Positions 50,029-60,000 of a DNA stretch of 60,244 nucleotides are shown one piece after another. Below the pieces are notes generated by a model. It ran no database searches, was not told the origin of the DNA, and saw only the letters and a program-made list of their open reading frames with translations. The translations under genes were made by a program, and so were the position numbers. Origin of the DNA: Candidatus Cloacimonadota bacterium (GTDB taxonomy: Bacteria > Cloacimonadota > Cloacimonadia > JGIOTU-2 > B8-G9); assembly GCA_003647765.1 (NCBI GenBank), contig QMNM01000001.1:1-60244 (forward strand), in the 5' to 3' direction. Every line of letters starts with the position of its first letter. Within the stretch, counting starts at the first letter, position 1.

Positions 50029-52311
50029 ATGGGATTTAAGGACAAAAAAGAGTTTAGTTGGAAAGTTTTTGAGAGAGGAGCTTATTGGACTATATATACT
50101 CATGTTGGCGTGTTTGGATGGAAGAATTTTTATTTTATTTTGAGGCAGTATGGAAATGTTCTTTTCTTGAGAAAATATAAATTTCCCGATGTATTACTAT
50201 GGGAAAGAAAGGTATATAATAAACCAGACTGGAAAGCTCTACCATTAGGAGCTGGGGTAGTAACACCATCTAGGATCTATTTTGCTAGATGGATAGATGA
50301 AGATGTAGGATGGATAGAACATAAAGATGATGTAGGGGATTATCCTACTTTCCATCCTATTTTATCGGCAGGTGGTAGAAAAGAAAATTTACAAGGACTT
50401 GCGTCTGTAAAAAAATGGTCAGCTACATTATACAGAGATGCTTATTTGTTTCATTGTGATGTAGGAGCACATCGTATTTTAGTTACTGATCTTGATGGGG
50501 GGTATATAGGAGAATTTGGAAGTTATGGTAGTTTACATGGGCAATTTAAAAAACCGCATCAATGTGCTTTATATTGGCATCCTGTATTTGGAGATATACT
50601 TTTTGTAGCGGATTATGGTAATGGGAGAATAACGGTATGGCAGATAGAGTCTATAAATCCTTTTAAAGTAAATCCAGTGGCAGGTGGGATTGAAGGTTTA
50701 GTTGATGATGATCGTCCGTGTGGGGTAGCGGTTTGGAGGAATCAACTATATATAAGATGTTATAAACATAAAGTAAAAGAATTTAAAATAAATTCGGATT
50801 TAACATTGGAGGCGACTGGAAATGAAGATTCTTTTGATTCTGATTGGGTTAATGGATTATGTATGTATTTAGCAAAAGATTCTAATTCTCTTGTTACTCT
50901 TGTTCAGAGTTATGCTGGTGAATTTCAGGCTTCAAGAGTAAATTTAGTTACTTATACAATAACTGCCATTGAAAATACAATGGAAGGTTCGGTAGGGTTT
51001 CGTTGCGATGCTTTGAGTTTTGGGATTGAAAATAGTTTTGGGTTTAGTATTCGTGCTGGACATCAAGGAGTATGGAAAGGATTTGATTTAGAATTTGAAG
51101 GGTATGCACCACCTCCTCCTGTTGTAGATGTTGATTTTAAATTTTCCTGTTCTGCGAAGCATGATATTCGTGCAATGATTCGCTCCTTTGGTTTCAAAGG
51201 ACGTGTAGAACAAAGGCAGATAATAGAATTTATATTCTTCTCTTTTTTAGGACATTCTAATTATATGTTTGGAAATGTAGATTTTTCCATAGACATGGAT
51301 ATAATCGTTACTGAATTTCTCACTGGTGAAAACATTTTCAATTTTAAGATGATAGCGAATGCTCCGCTGGTTTATACCTGCCATCTTGACACAAAGCCTA
51401 TTGAACTTGAAGGAGAGCTTATTAATTCTTCTTTTGTTTCCTGTTCTCTTGAATTACCTTCATTAGAGATTGTTATCAGAGAGAGTCCTGCAGGGAGCGT
51501 TGATTTACCTGCGATAGATATTTTTGGAGAGATAGAAGTTCCTGTTGTTGGTAATGTGGGTTTGAATTTAGCAAGGTTGCAATCATCAGGGCAGATAGTA
51601 AATCCGTTCTTTGTTGGTGGGCAGGCAATTGTGCCTGCAATGAAAGTTTCTGGTCTTATTTATCGTCCTGATTTAATCAGTGGTAATTTAATTTTCAGAG
51701 CTTTACAGACAAATGGAATTGGGTATGCGTCGCTGGATAGATTAGATATTCATTGTATTTTGAATGAGTTACAAATGAATAGTGAAATTCTTGTGAATCC
51801 TGTTTTGGTAGGAGAGTGTGAACTGGCTCTATTTGAAGTAAGGGCTGTTGAAAGGAAGGAGATTTCTTCTACTGAAGAAATTTATCAGAATGATGAATTG
51901 AATGTTGTTTCTGCTGAATATCCTGAAGTTGAAGGTAGGGAATTGTTAGGTGTTGCTGTAAATCTTTTGAACAAGGGAATTACGAAATTAGCGAATACTT
52001 CAAATATGGTTATAGATTTAGGTTATATAGACCTTCACAAGTCTGTAATAAATCAGTATTTGGAAGTTTTTATTAGTGGAAAATCTGACCAGCCAGCTAT
52101 TGGAGAGTTAATTATAGGAGATTATTCTTATTCAATTGATGAGTGGGTAACGGAAGGGGAGTGGAGGATTCTTGTTGGTAAAGGTTTGACAAGACGCACG
52201 GCTTCCAATCCTGATAAAAGATATATTCCTATTAAGTTAAAATTAGTTTCAGGTTTTGAGTTAAAGAGTGTGGTTGTGAAGGCAATACCAGTTGCTAGGA
52301 GAGGAAGGTAA
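50029..52311 (+). CDS. NHL-repeat (beta-propeller) tail protein.
   Basis: GSYGSLHGQFKKPHQCALYWHPVFGDILFVADYGNGRITVWQI. Confidence 0.55.
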   Translation: MGFKDKKEFSWKVFERGAYWTIYTHVGVFGWKNFYFILRQYGNVLFLRKYKFPDVLLWERKVYNKPDWKALPLGAGVVTPSRIYFARWIDEDVGWIEHKDDVGDYPTFHPILSAGGRKENLQGLASVKKWSATLYRDAYLFHCDVGAHRILVTDLDGGYIGEFGSYGSLHGQFKKPHQCALYWHPVFGDILFVADYGNGRITVWQIESINPFKVNPVAGGIEGLVDDDRPCGVAVWRNQLYIRCYKHKVKEFKINSDLTLEATGNEDSFDSDWVNGLCMYLAKDSNSLVTLVQSYAGEFQASRVNLVTYTITAIENTMEGSVGFRCDALSFGIENSFGFSIRAGHQGVWKGFDLEFEGYAPPPPVVDVDFKFSCSAKHDIRAMIRSFGFKGRVEQRQIIEFIFFSFLGHSNYMFGNVDFSIDMDIIVTEFLTGENIFNFKMIANAPLVYTCHLDTKPIELEGELINSSFVSCSLELPSLEIVIRESPAGSVDLPAIDIFGEIEVPVVGNVGLNLARLQSSGQIVNPFFVGGQAIVPAMKVSGLIYRPDLISGNLIFRALQTNGIGYASLDRLDIHCILNELQMNSEILVNPVLVGECELALFEVRAVERKEISSTEEIYQNDELNVVSAEYPEVEGRELLGVAVNLLNKGITKLANTSNMVIDLGYIDLHKSVINQYLEVFISGKSDQPAIGELIIGDYSYSIDEWVTEGEWRILVGKGLTRRTASNPDKRYIPIKLKLVSGFELKSVVVKAIPVARRGR
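51327..51340. repeat. Palindrome variant (CA centre), inside the NHL protein CDS.
   Basis: Read as E-N-I-F. Confidence 0.9.
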
Positions 52312-54278
52312 TGGATTTAAATGAGTTAGTGAATTATTACAATCAGATTACGAATAATATTTCGGTGATAGGGAATGAGATTGTGAATTTTTCTGATGAA
52401 GTAAAGAGCGTTGTGGTTAACACTTTTACCGTGCCTGAAGGAGATGATGATCCGTCTGCCTATGATCATTTTGCAGGAGATAGCTGGACAGATTTTTTAG
52501 ATGAATTAGAAAATAAAGTTCCTGATATAGATATAGACATTCCAGATTTCAGCGTGGATTCTTCTGATTATAAAGCGATTATTTCGTCTTTAAATGATGC
52601 GTTGGATCAACTTTTTGAAGAAGCGTCTTCCTATGTAATAAACCTTCCTTCTATTTCCATTCGTGAAGGAGATGATATTCCTGATTATTCTTTTGAATAT
52701 ACTTATCCAGAGAATATTTCTCCTTCTATTCCAGAGTTGCCGACGATTCCCGACCCTTATATTTTTCAGATTCCTGATTTAGATATTGAAGTTCCAGACA
52801 AGGAGACTTTTTCTGTTAATGATTTATTGATTTACATAAATGATTATGTAGCACAAATTGTGGAGGCTCTGGATAGTATTTCGGTTAATTTAGATGTATC
52901 TCATGATTTCAATTTAGATATTGATACTTCTTTTTATAGAGACGCAAAGAGTCTTGATGACTGGAAGAAGGATTATGATAGGGTTTTAGGGTATCAGGGT
53001 CGGATTGATTTGAATTTGATTAAGGAAGTGGTGGAAGGGGAGCGGTTGGATTCGTATGTATTTTCAGAAGAAATGATAAAATCTCTGGCTGATTTTTCAG
53101 AGAGAGTAGTCAGGGTTGCTCCATTGAAGCATTTGAAGACTCTGGAATTAGAGAAAGAATTAGACCAGCTTTCAAGCGAAGCTGTATCCAGAGGCTTTTC
53201 TGATGATGTGATTGATGGGAGTCTTTATTATGATATTTCTCTACATAAGTTAAAAGTTAAGAATGAATTAGCTGAAATTAAAGCTAAAGTGCTTTCTGAA
53301 TACGGTGAGCGTGTGTGGAAAATGGTGGAGAACAAATCTGCTCTATTCAATATTTTTTCTTCTTTCTTACTTCTTTCTTATTTTTCATTAGTTGATATGG
53401 TTTCAAAGATTTATATGACAGAGATACGCAGGGTAAATCAGTATATTTCAATACTGGAGAGATTCTGGCAGTTGAAGATTCGGCAGGTTGATTCTTTGAT
53501 AAACAAAGTAAAATCCAATCTTTCTATGCTTGTTGCGGATGTGCGACAGAAGTTATTAAATGAAACAATTGATTTAGATAGTGAGATTTTTTCCAAACAG
53601 GCTTTGTCTCTATTGGTAGAGAATGTAAATCAGAAGATTCAGAGATTTTTGCAGACATTGAAAACATTTTCAACGAAGGTGCGGGAAGAAAGAACGAAAT
53701 TAGACCTTTATCAGATTAAGTCTTATTTAATTCAGCAACAGATGAGATTAGAGACGATAAAGAGCGACCAGTATATAGTAAAGAACAGGAATAATCTTCT
53801 TACTGCTTTAAGAGATATAACAGATATGGATATTTTGAGTTCCAAGCTGGATTTTATAAGCAGGAGTCAGCGGGCTAAATTGGAAGTAGTCAGGACTTAT
53901 TTAGATTATATTTCAACCGCATTGCGGAAGTATAACAATGTTCCAGATTTAACCAGACGGATTGAGAATTTGCGGGCAGAGATAGACAAGTTCTCTATTC
54001 AATCCAATGCAGAGAGCAGGATAAAGAATTTGTGGTTATCTACTATGGATGAGAGAGCGGGGAGAGATACTTTTGATTATAGATTGTTTATGAAGAAGGC
54101 TTTATTTGATGTGGACAGGGCTGTTGATTTTGCTTTAATGCATTTAAGGGACAGGTTGAATAAAGACACGACAAAGTATAGGATTTTAGGAGAGTATTAT
54201 GAAAGGAATATTCGTGGAGTGTTATCTGCGGCACATACAATTGTTTCCATGACTGATAAGCTATTGGAGGGTGGTTAA
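52311..54278 (+). CDS. Internal virion/ejection protein candidate, paralogue 1.
   Basis: An acidic, IPD-rich N-terminus is followed by a long helical C-terminus. NLLTALRD is shared with the next gene. Confidence 0.5.
   Translation: MDLNELVNYYNQITNNISVIGNEIVNFSDEVKSVVVNTFTVPEGDDDPSAYDHFAGDSWTDFLDELENKVPDIDIDIPDFSVDSSDYKAIISSLNDALDQLFEEASSYVINLPSISIREGDDIPDYSFEYTYPENISPSIPELPTIPDPYIFQIPDLDIEVPDKETFSVNDLLIYINDYVAQIVEALDSISVNLDVSHDFNLDIDTSFYRDAKSLDDWKKDYDRVLGYQGRIDLNLIKEVVEGERLDSYVFSEEMIKSLADFSERVVRVAPLKHLKTLELEKELDQLSSEAVSRGFSDDVIDGSLYYDISLHKLKVKNELAEIKAKVLSEYGERVWKMVENKSALFNIFSSFLLLSYFSLVDMVSKIYMTEIRRVNQYISILERFWQLKIRQVDSLINKVKSNLSMLVADVRQKLLNETIDLDSEIFSKQALSLLVENVNQKIQRFLQTLKTFSTKVREERTKLDLYQIKSYLIQQQMRLETIKSDQYIVKNRNNLLTALRDITDMDILSSKLDFISRSQRAKLEVVRTYLDYISTALRKYNNVPDLTRRIENLRAEIDKFSIQSNAESRIKNLWLSTMDERAGRDTFDYRLFMKKALFDVDRAVDFALMHLRDRLNKDTTKYRILGEYYERNIRGVLSAAHTIVSMTDKLLEGG
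53659..53672. repeat. Palindrome variant (CA centre), inside CDS 52311..54278.
   Basis: Read as K-T-F-S. Confidence 0.9.
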
Positions 54279-56119
54279 TGTCCACGATAGGTAGTTTAAT
54301 AGACGAACGAATTAATACGATTCTTACTGAATCCGCAGAGATAACTTCTGCTATAAATCATTATGTTGAAGAAATCAGGAGAAGGGGAAGCATCAGGATA
54401 ACAGCTCCGCCCCCGCCAGACATTGATTTTGATTTATATCCCTTACCTGATTTTCCGACCGAATCTCCCATATCAGATATAGATGAATTACCAGAGAGAG
54501 TTTATCCTGATAGGGATATTGTTGATTTTGATGTGTCTTCTTATCTGTCGGAGATAGAAGATTTGATTAAGGAAGTGAGCGTTCAGTCTCCTACTTTTGA
54601 TTCCATTAATTTGGAAGTATCTTCTGTATCTCCTCCAGAGATTCCTGATGAATTACAATCAATAGAATCTCCGACTTTAGATTCTTTACCTTCTTTTACT
54701 GCTCCTGAATTAGAAGGGATTGAGCGTCCGCTTCTATTCAATCCAAGATATGATTTTGATTTTTATCAGGATGATTTAGTTATTGAGTCTAAAAAGTTTT
54801 TTGAGCAGATAGATTCTCTATTGAATCAGGATTTACAATATGGGATATGGTTGAAACAGCTTATTGAAAAGAGAAGGTCGGATGTAGAAAGGGTAATAGG
54901 TTTTTATGAGCAGGTTATTTCTATTTTAGAGAGTAAGGATTTTCTTGAGCGTTCGGAGCTGGCTAGGCAAAGGATTGATTCTATCATTAGTGATAAATAT
55001 GACCAATATATTGAGCCTGTTTATGATGTTTATACTGCCAATGCTCCTGCATTTTTAAAGGAGAAATTGAGCAAGTTAGACCAGCAAATAGACAATCTTG
55101 TTAGTGGTCGGGCAGATGAGTTGGTTTTCAGTGAAAACGTTTTCAAAGATAAAGATAGGCAGGACAGGCTTTATGAGCTGATAATGAAAGCGAAGGAAGA
55201 ATTAAACAGGCAGGAAGAATTATTTGTAAACACTTTAGTTTCTCTACAAGAGCTTTTTCAGTCTTATGTTTTGCTTTATCTCAATCGGGTTTATTTAAAT
55301 GCGTATATTTTGTATGAGAAGGAGAATTTATTAACTGCTTTGCGGGATGTTTATATTGTGGTTGTGGGACGATATGTTTCTCTATATAAGGAAACTTATT
55401 CTGATTATTATTCTGTTATTCTCAAAAGAAGTCGGGCAGTTCTGGAGTATATAGATTCAATTTTGAGAAAGAACAATGCTTTGTGGCAGGCATATAATAA
55501 TCAAGTTTCTCTATTAGAAGATTTTGTAAATCAATATCAGTCTTTAGCTAGGACTTATAGTTCTCGTGTGGATTTTGAAGCTAGCAAAGTTTCTCTAATG
55601 GAGGGTATGTTTAGGATCAATCAATCCAAACAGGATTTATTTGAAGCTATTGCAAGGAAAGTGAGAAATATGTATTCTTTAAGAAAGGAGAAGATACAGG
55701 AGATACTTACAAAGGCAGATGCGGAGATGGGATTAGAGAGAATGTATCAGCAGATAACACAGGAGAAGGGCAGGGTTCTGGAGAATATTCAAAGGCTTCA
55801 ATCTCAAGTTTTATCTACTGATGTAATCAGGTATGGGAAGGAATTTAATAAATGGCTTGAAGATATAATGGTAGATTATAGGGCAAAAGTCAGGGCTAAT
55901 GCGGTAAAGATTAATTTATTATCGCAAGCGTATGATACTTTTGTGCGGAGGGCACTCAAGTATGCTTCCTATTTAAGAACAGCACAAGGAATGATTAATG
56001 ATTTTACAGAGAGATTAGCCCTGATGGCATTTAGTCCATTGGCAGAGATGTCTAATGGGCTAAATAGTGCAATAGATGCAGTAGTTAATGGTATGTATGA
56101 GTTTGTAGTGGAGGCTTAA
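54278..56119 (+). CDS. Internal virion/ejection protein candidate, paralogue 2.
   Basis: Same architecture as paralogue 1. ENLLTALRDV and R.RAVLEYIDSILRK parallel RAKLEVVRTYLDYISTALRK in the previous gene. Confidence 0.5.
   Translation: MSTIGSLIDERINTILTESAEITSAINHYVEEIRRRGSIRITAPPPPDIDFDLYPLPDFPTESPISDIDELPERVYPDRDIVDFDVSSYLSEIEDLIKEVSVQSPTFDSINLEVSSVSPPEIPDELQSIESPTLDSLPSFTAPELEGIERPLLFNPRYDFDFYQDDLVIESKKFFEQIDSLLNQDLQYGIWLKQLIEKRRSDVERVIGFYEQVISILESKDFLERSELARQRIDSIISDKYDQYIEPVYDVYTANAPAFLKEKLSKLDQQIDNLVSGRADELVFSENVFKDKDRQDRLYELIMKAKEELNRQEELFVNTLVSLQELFQSYVLLYLNRVYLNAYILYEKENLLTALRDVYIVVVGRYVSLYKETYSDYYSVILKRSRAVLEYIDSILRKNNALWQAYNNQVSLLEDFVNQYQSLARTYSSRVDFEASKVSLMEGMFRINQSKQDLFEAIARKVRNMYSLRKEKIQEILTKADAEMGLERMYQQITQEKGRVLENIQRLQSQVLSTDVIRYGKEFNKWLEDIMVDYRAKVRANAVKINLLSQAYDTFVRRALKYASYLRTAQGMINDFTERLALMAFSPLAEMSNGLNSAIDAVVNGMYEFVVEA
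55132..55145. repeat. Palindrome, perfect copy, inside CDS 54278..56119.
   Basis: Read as E-N-V-F. Confidence 0.95.
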
Positions 56120-56120
56120 T

Positions 56121-57074
56121 ATGGCTACTTTTGATTGGAGAGAACAATTTAGGAGAGAGAATAGGCAGTTTTTGAAAGAGATAGAGCCATATATGGTTGG
56201 GATGATGGGTGGGCTTGGTGGTAAGTTTGGGAGAGGATTAGGGAAGGTTGCGAAGTGGGCATTACCTACTTTTGGTTTATACTGGTTTATGTCTGGGAAG
56301 AAAGAGAAACCACAACAACCTGTATCTGCGATCCCGCAGACTCCTGTTATTACACAGGAGCAATATGAAGCTGTAAAGAATATGGTAAAGGGAATGGTAT
56401 CTGGGGCAGGGACTCCTGATTATTTTACACAGGCTTTAAATCTCCCACAGAGTTTCCTACAACAATATCAGGATATTGTTTCGGCATTAGGGAAGACTCA
56501 AAAAAGGCAGAGTCGGGCATTAAAGAATTTAGCCAGTGCTATTCCTTTAGTATCAACAAGTGGGCTGGCTTACTGGAATCCCAATATTGTTTCTGCGTTA
56601 GAAGATAGGATTACGACTTTAGCCAGTATGGCTATTCCCAGAGATACAAGTTGGGATTCTCTGTTAAGAGCGAAGTATGCAAGGAGAGCATTACAGGCTT
56701 TATTGCCAGCGTATTCTAGATTAGTTTCTGCTACAAGGCAGACGATTACTCCTTCTGCTGTTGCTCCTAATTTATTAGTTCAAGCTATGCAATTAGAGAC
56801 TGCCCCACAGACAGCTTTATTACAGGCATTACCTTCTGTTTATGAATGGCAACAGAGAGCATTAATTGAAGCTGCAAAAGCTCAAGCAAAGGCAGAGCAG
56901 GAAAAGAGAGCATTGATTGATAAAGCGATACAGCAACAACAGGAGATACCAATCAAGGTAGCACAGGCATTATCAAGGTTGACTTTATCTCCAGAGCAAA
57001 CACAGGCATTATCCAATTTCTTATTTAGTCTTTTGAATTTACAGAGAAGTGCTTTACCAATTCCTACTATGTAG
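56121..57074 (+). CDS. Internal virion protein candidate with a TM-like segment.
   Basis: VAKWALPTFGLYWFMSG. The C-terminus is Q/A-rich. Confidence 0.45.
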   Translation: MATFDWREQFRRENRQFLKEIEPYMVGMMGGLGGKFGRGLGKVAKWALPTFGLYWFMSGKKEKPQQPVSAIPQTPVITQEQYEAVKNMVKGMVSGAGTPDYFTQALNLPQSFLQQYQDIVSALGKTQKRQSRALKNLASAIPLVSTSGLAYWNPNIVSALEDRITTLASMAIPRDTSWDSLLRAKYARRALQALLPAYSRLVSATRQTITPSAVAPNLLVQAMQLETAPQTALLQALPSVYEWQQRALIEAAKAQAKAEQEKRALIDKAIQQQQEIPIKVAQALSRLTLSPEQTQALSNFLFSLLNLQRSALPIPTM

Positions 57075-57083
57075 GAGTGAGTT

Positions 57084-60000
57084 ATGGCAGAAAAGAAACA
57101 GGTTTTACCAACAATAGATGATCAATATGTAGAATTTCTTACTCGCAGGATGTTAGGGCTTCCTTTAACAGGACAGCTCAATTTACCTAAAGAGAAAGAT
57201 TTATTAAAGGTTCAGAGTCAAGGGCAGACAGCTTTACCTGTTTCAGTTCCGACGATGCAAGTTCCGCAAGCTCCTTCTGTTCCTATTCAGACACAGCAAG
57301 AAGAAGGCTGGCTTCCTGTTCTTGGTAAAGCGGTAGCCAGAGGATTAGCTACTCCTGTAATAGGTGCTACTGGAGCAATATCTGCTCTGGGAGAGCGGTT
57401 AGGTTTTGATACAAGTAAAATTCAGAAGTGGGCGAATGAGTTGTCTAACTTATTAGCTCCCAAAGTGGGTAAGAATAAAGCGAAGGCTTATGCTTATGGG
57501 ATTATAGATTCAACGATAAATAGTATTACTCAATTTCTCCTTTCAAGGTTTACCAGAGTTCCGCTTCTTCCTATGTTTGGTATTACTTCTGGTGGTGAAA
57601 AGTTCTTACAGGCAAGAGCGGAAGGGTATCCTTATGAGAAGGCAATAAAGACAGCTGTTCCTACTGGTTTATCTGAAGCTCTGACAGAGATGATTCCCTT
57701 CCACAGTCTTACAAAGACAATGAAGAAATCTATCATTAAGGGAGTTGTTGAGTTATTTGGTGGTGAGTTAGTGGGAGAGAATTTAAATACTATTGTTGAA
57801 AACATATCTGATCAGCTAGCTTTAGGTAAGCATAAGACTTGGAGTGAATTTTTACAGGATTTAGTGGACACAACTATTACCACATTAGGGCAGACTGCTC
57901 TTACTGCTGGATTGGGAGCGGGGGTTCACAGATTAGCACGAAGGGTAGAAAAGAAAGCAAAGGCAATAGAGCAACCTGCTCCTGAAGTTCCTCCACAACC
58001 ACAACCAGCTCCAGCAACATCTCCTTATGAATTACTAACTGCTTTACCACAGAAGCCAGAGCAGGTATCTGCGGGAGTAGCTTCTATATATGATAGGATT
58101 GCGGATAGGTTAGAAGGAAAACAGAAAGAAAGGGCAAGGAAACATGCTTCTGTATTGAGAGATATAAGTCAGAAGAAAGTTCCTGCTGTTGAAGATATAA
58201 AGGAAGTTAGGGAAGATATAAGTAAATCTGAAAGGTTGCCTAAATCTGTAAAGAATATTTTAGTAAAGCATTTAGATTCTCTGATTAAGCAGGCTGAAGA
58301 AAAGAAAAAGAAAGAGCTTATTCCTAAAGAAACCAAGCCAGAAGTTAAAGAAGAAAAGCCGAAACCAAAGGAAGAAAAGCCAAAGGAAGAAGTCAAAACA
58401 GAAGAAAAAATTGAAAACGTTTTCACTCAACCAGAAGAAGAAAAGTTGACTGATGAAGAAATAAAGATTTTGAAGGATAGAGGATTTACTGACAATCAGA
58501 TTAAGAAACTCCTTCCTGAAGAAGGGAGGAGGTTAATAAAAGAAAATCTTGCTCCTGAACAGGTAAGCGTTCTCCCTAATGGAAAGGTAAAAGTTATAGA
58601 GAAGAAGAAGGAAGTTTCTGTTCCTGAAAAAGAAGAAGCGAAGGAAAAAGAACCCTGGCAATTGACGAAGAAAGAATGGGAAAGTTTATTGGAGAAAGAT
58701 TTAACTCCAGAAGAAGCAAACAAATTCTTTCCTAAAAAGCGAATTGATAAATACAGAATTTATCACAAGAAGTATGGGGAGAAAGTTGTTCCTACATATA
58801 AGCGTATAGATAAAAAGACGAAGGGCACTTTTGAGATAAACAAGTATATTTTACAATCTGAACCTGATTTGATTGATGTAATTAGGAGATGGCATGTAGA
58901 GCAGGCTTTAAAGGAAGGTAAACCCGTTCCTGAAGAAGTTTTGAAGGAATTTCCTGATTTAGTAAAAGAAGAAAAGAAACCAGAAAAAACCAAACCTTTA
59001 TTTGAAGGAGTAGATAATTATCGTCTTACTTCTAAAGGACATGAGTTAAGGGTTGTAAGGGCAGGAGAAGCACTTTCTCATCCTGATAGGAAAGGGACTT
59101 GGTTTGTTGTTGAAAAATATAAAGGGCAGATTCCTCCGTATGCAACTTCTCCTATAACAAAAGGTGGAGTTGCTGGTGTTGGTGGAAAAGAGATATGGAG
59201 GACTTCTGTTACTTTGCGTAATCCTTATTTGTTTGAGATTCCTGAAGATATAAAGAGTGAAGGAGAGATTCCTTTAGCTCTCTATAAGGAAGTTACAGGG
59301 AAAGAGCCTCCAAAGAGAGGATTAAAAGGAAAGAATGCAGAAAAAAGGTTTGCGAAATTAGAAAGTGAGATAGCGGATACTTTAAGAAAGAAAGGTTATG
59401 ATGGAGTAATTCTTTATCAGAGAGTTGGGGAGAATACTTATCCCGACCAAGTATTTGTTTTTAGGGATACAGAGGCTCATAAAGAGTTGGAGAAAAGTTT
59501 AGAGAAGAAATCAGAAGCGAAAGAGAAAGAGACCAAGAAAGAACTTATCCCTGCTGAAAAGAAGGAACAGAAGAAGGAAACCAAGCAAGAGCTTATTCCT
59601 ACTGAAGAAAAGAAGGAAAAGAAAGAACAGAAGAAGAAGGAACTTATCCCTTCTGCTGAAGAAGTAAAGAAAGCGAAACCTGTTTCTAAAATTTCTTTTG
59701 AATATGGAAAGACCAAGAGTCAGATGAAAGTAAGGCATGAGGTTTATGGAGAGTTGCCTTTCTTTATAAAGAGAGGGTTTAAAGGCTGGAAATTATATGG
59801 AGAGAGAGCTGTAAAGTTAAAGAATGGCAGGGTTGTTATTGTTCGTCAATTAAGGGCACAGGGATTAAAATCTGTTGAAGATGTTAGGAAGAAGATTCAG
59901 TCTTTTATTGATGAAGGTGAGCCTGTAATTATAGCTGATAAGGATGTATTGAAAGAGCGTCCGCTGGAGGATATAAGCGGGAAGGTAATCAGACCTGAAG

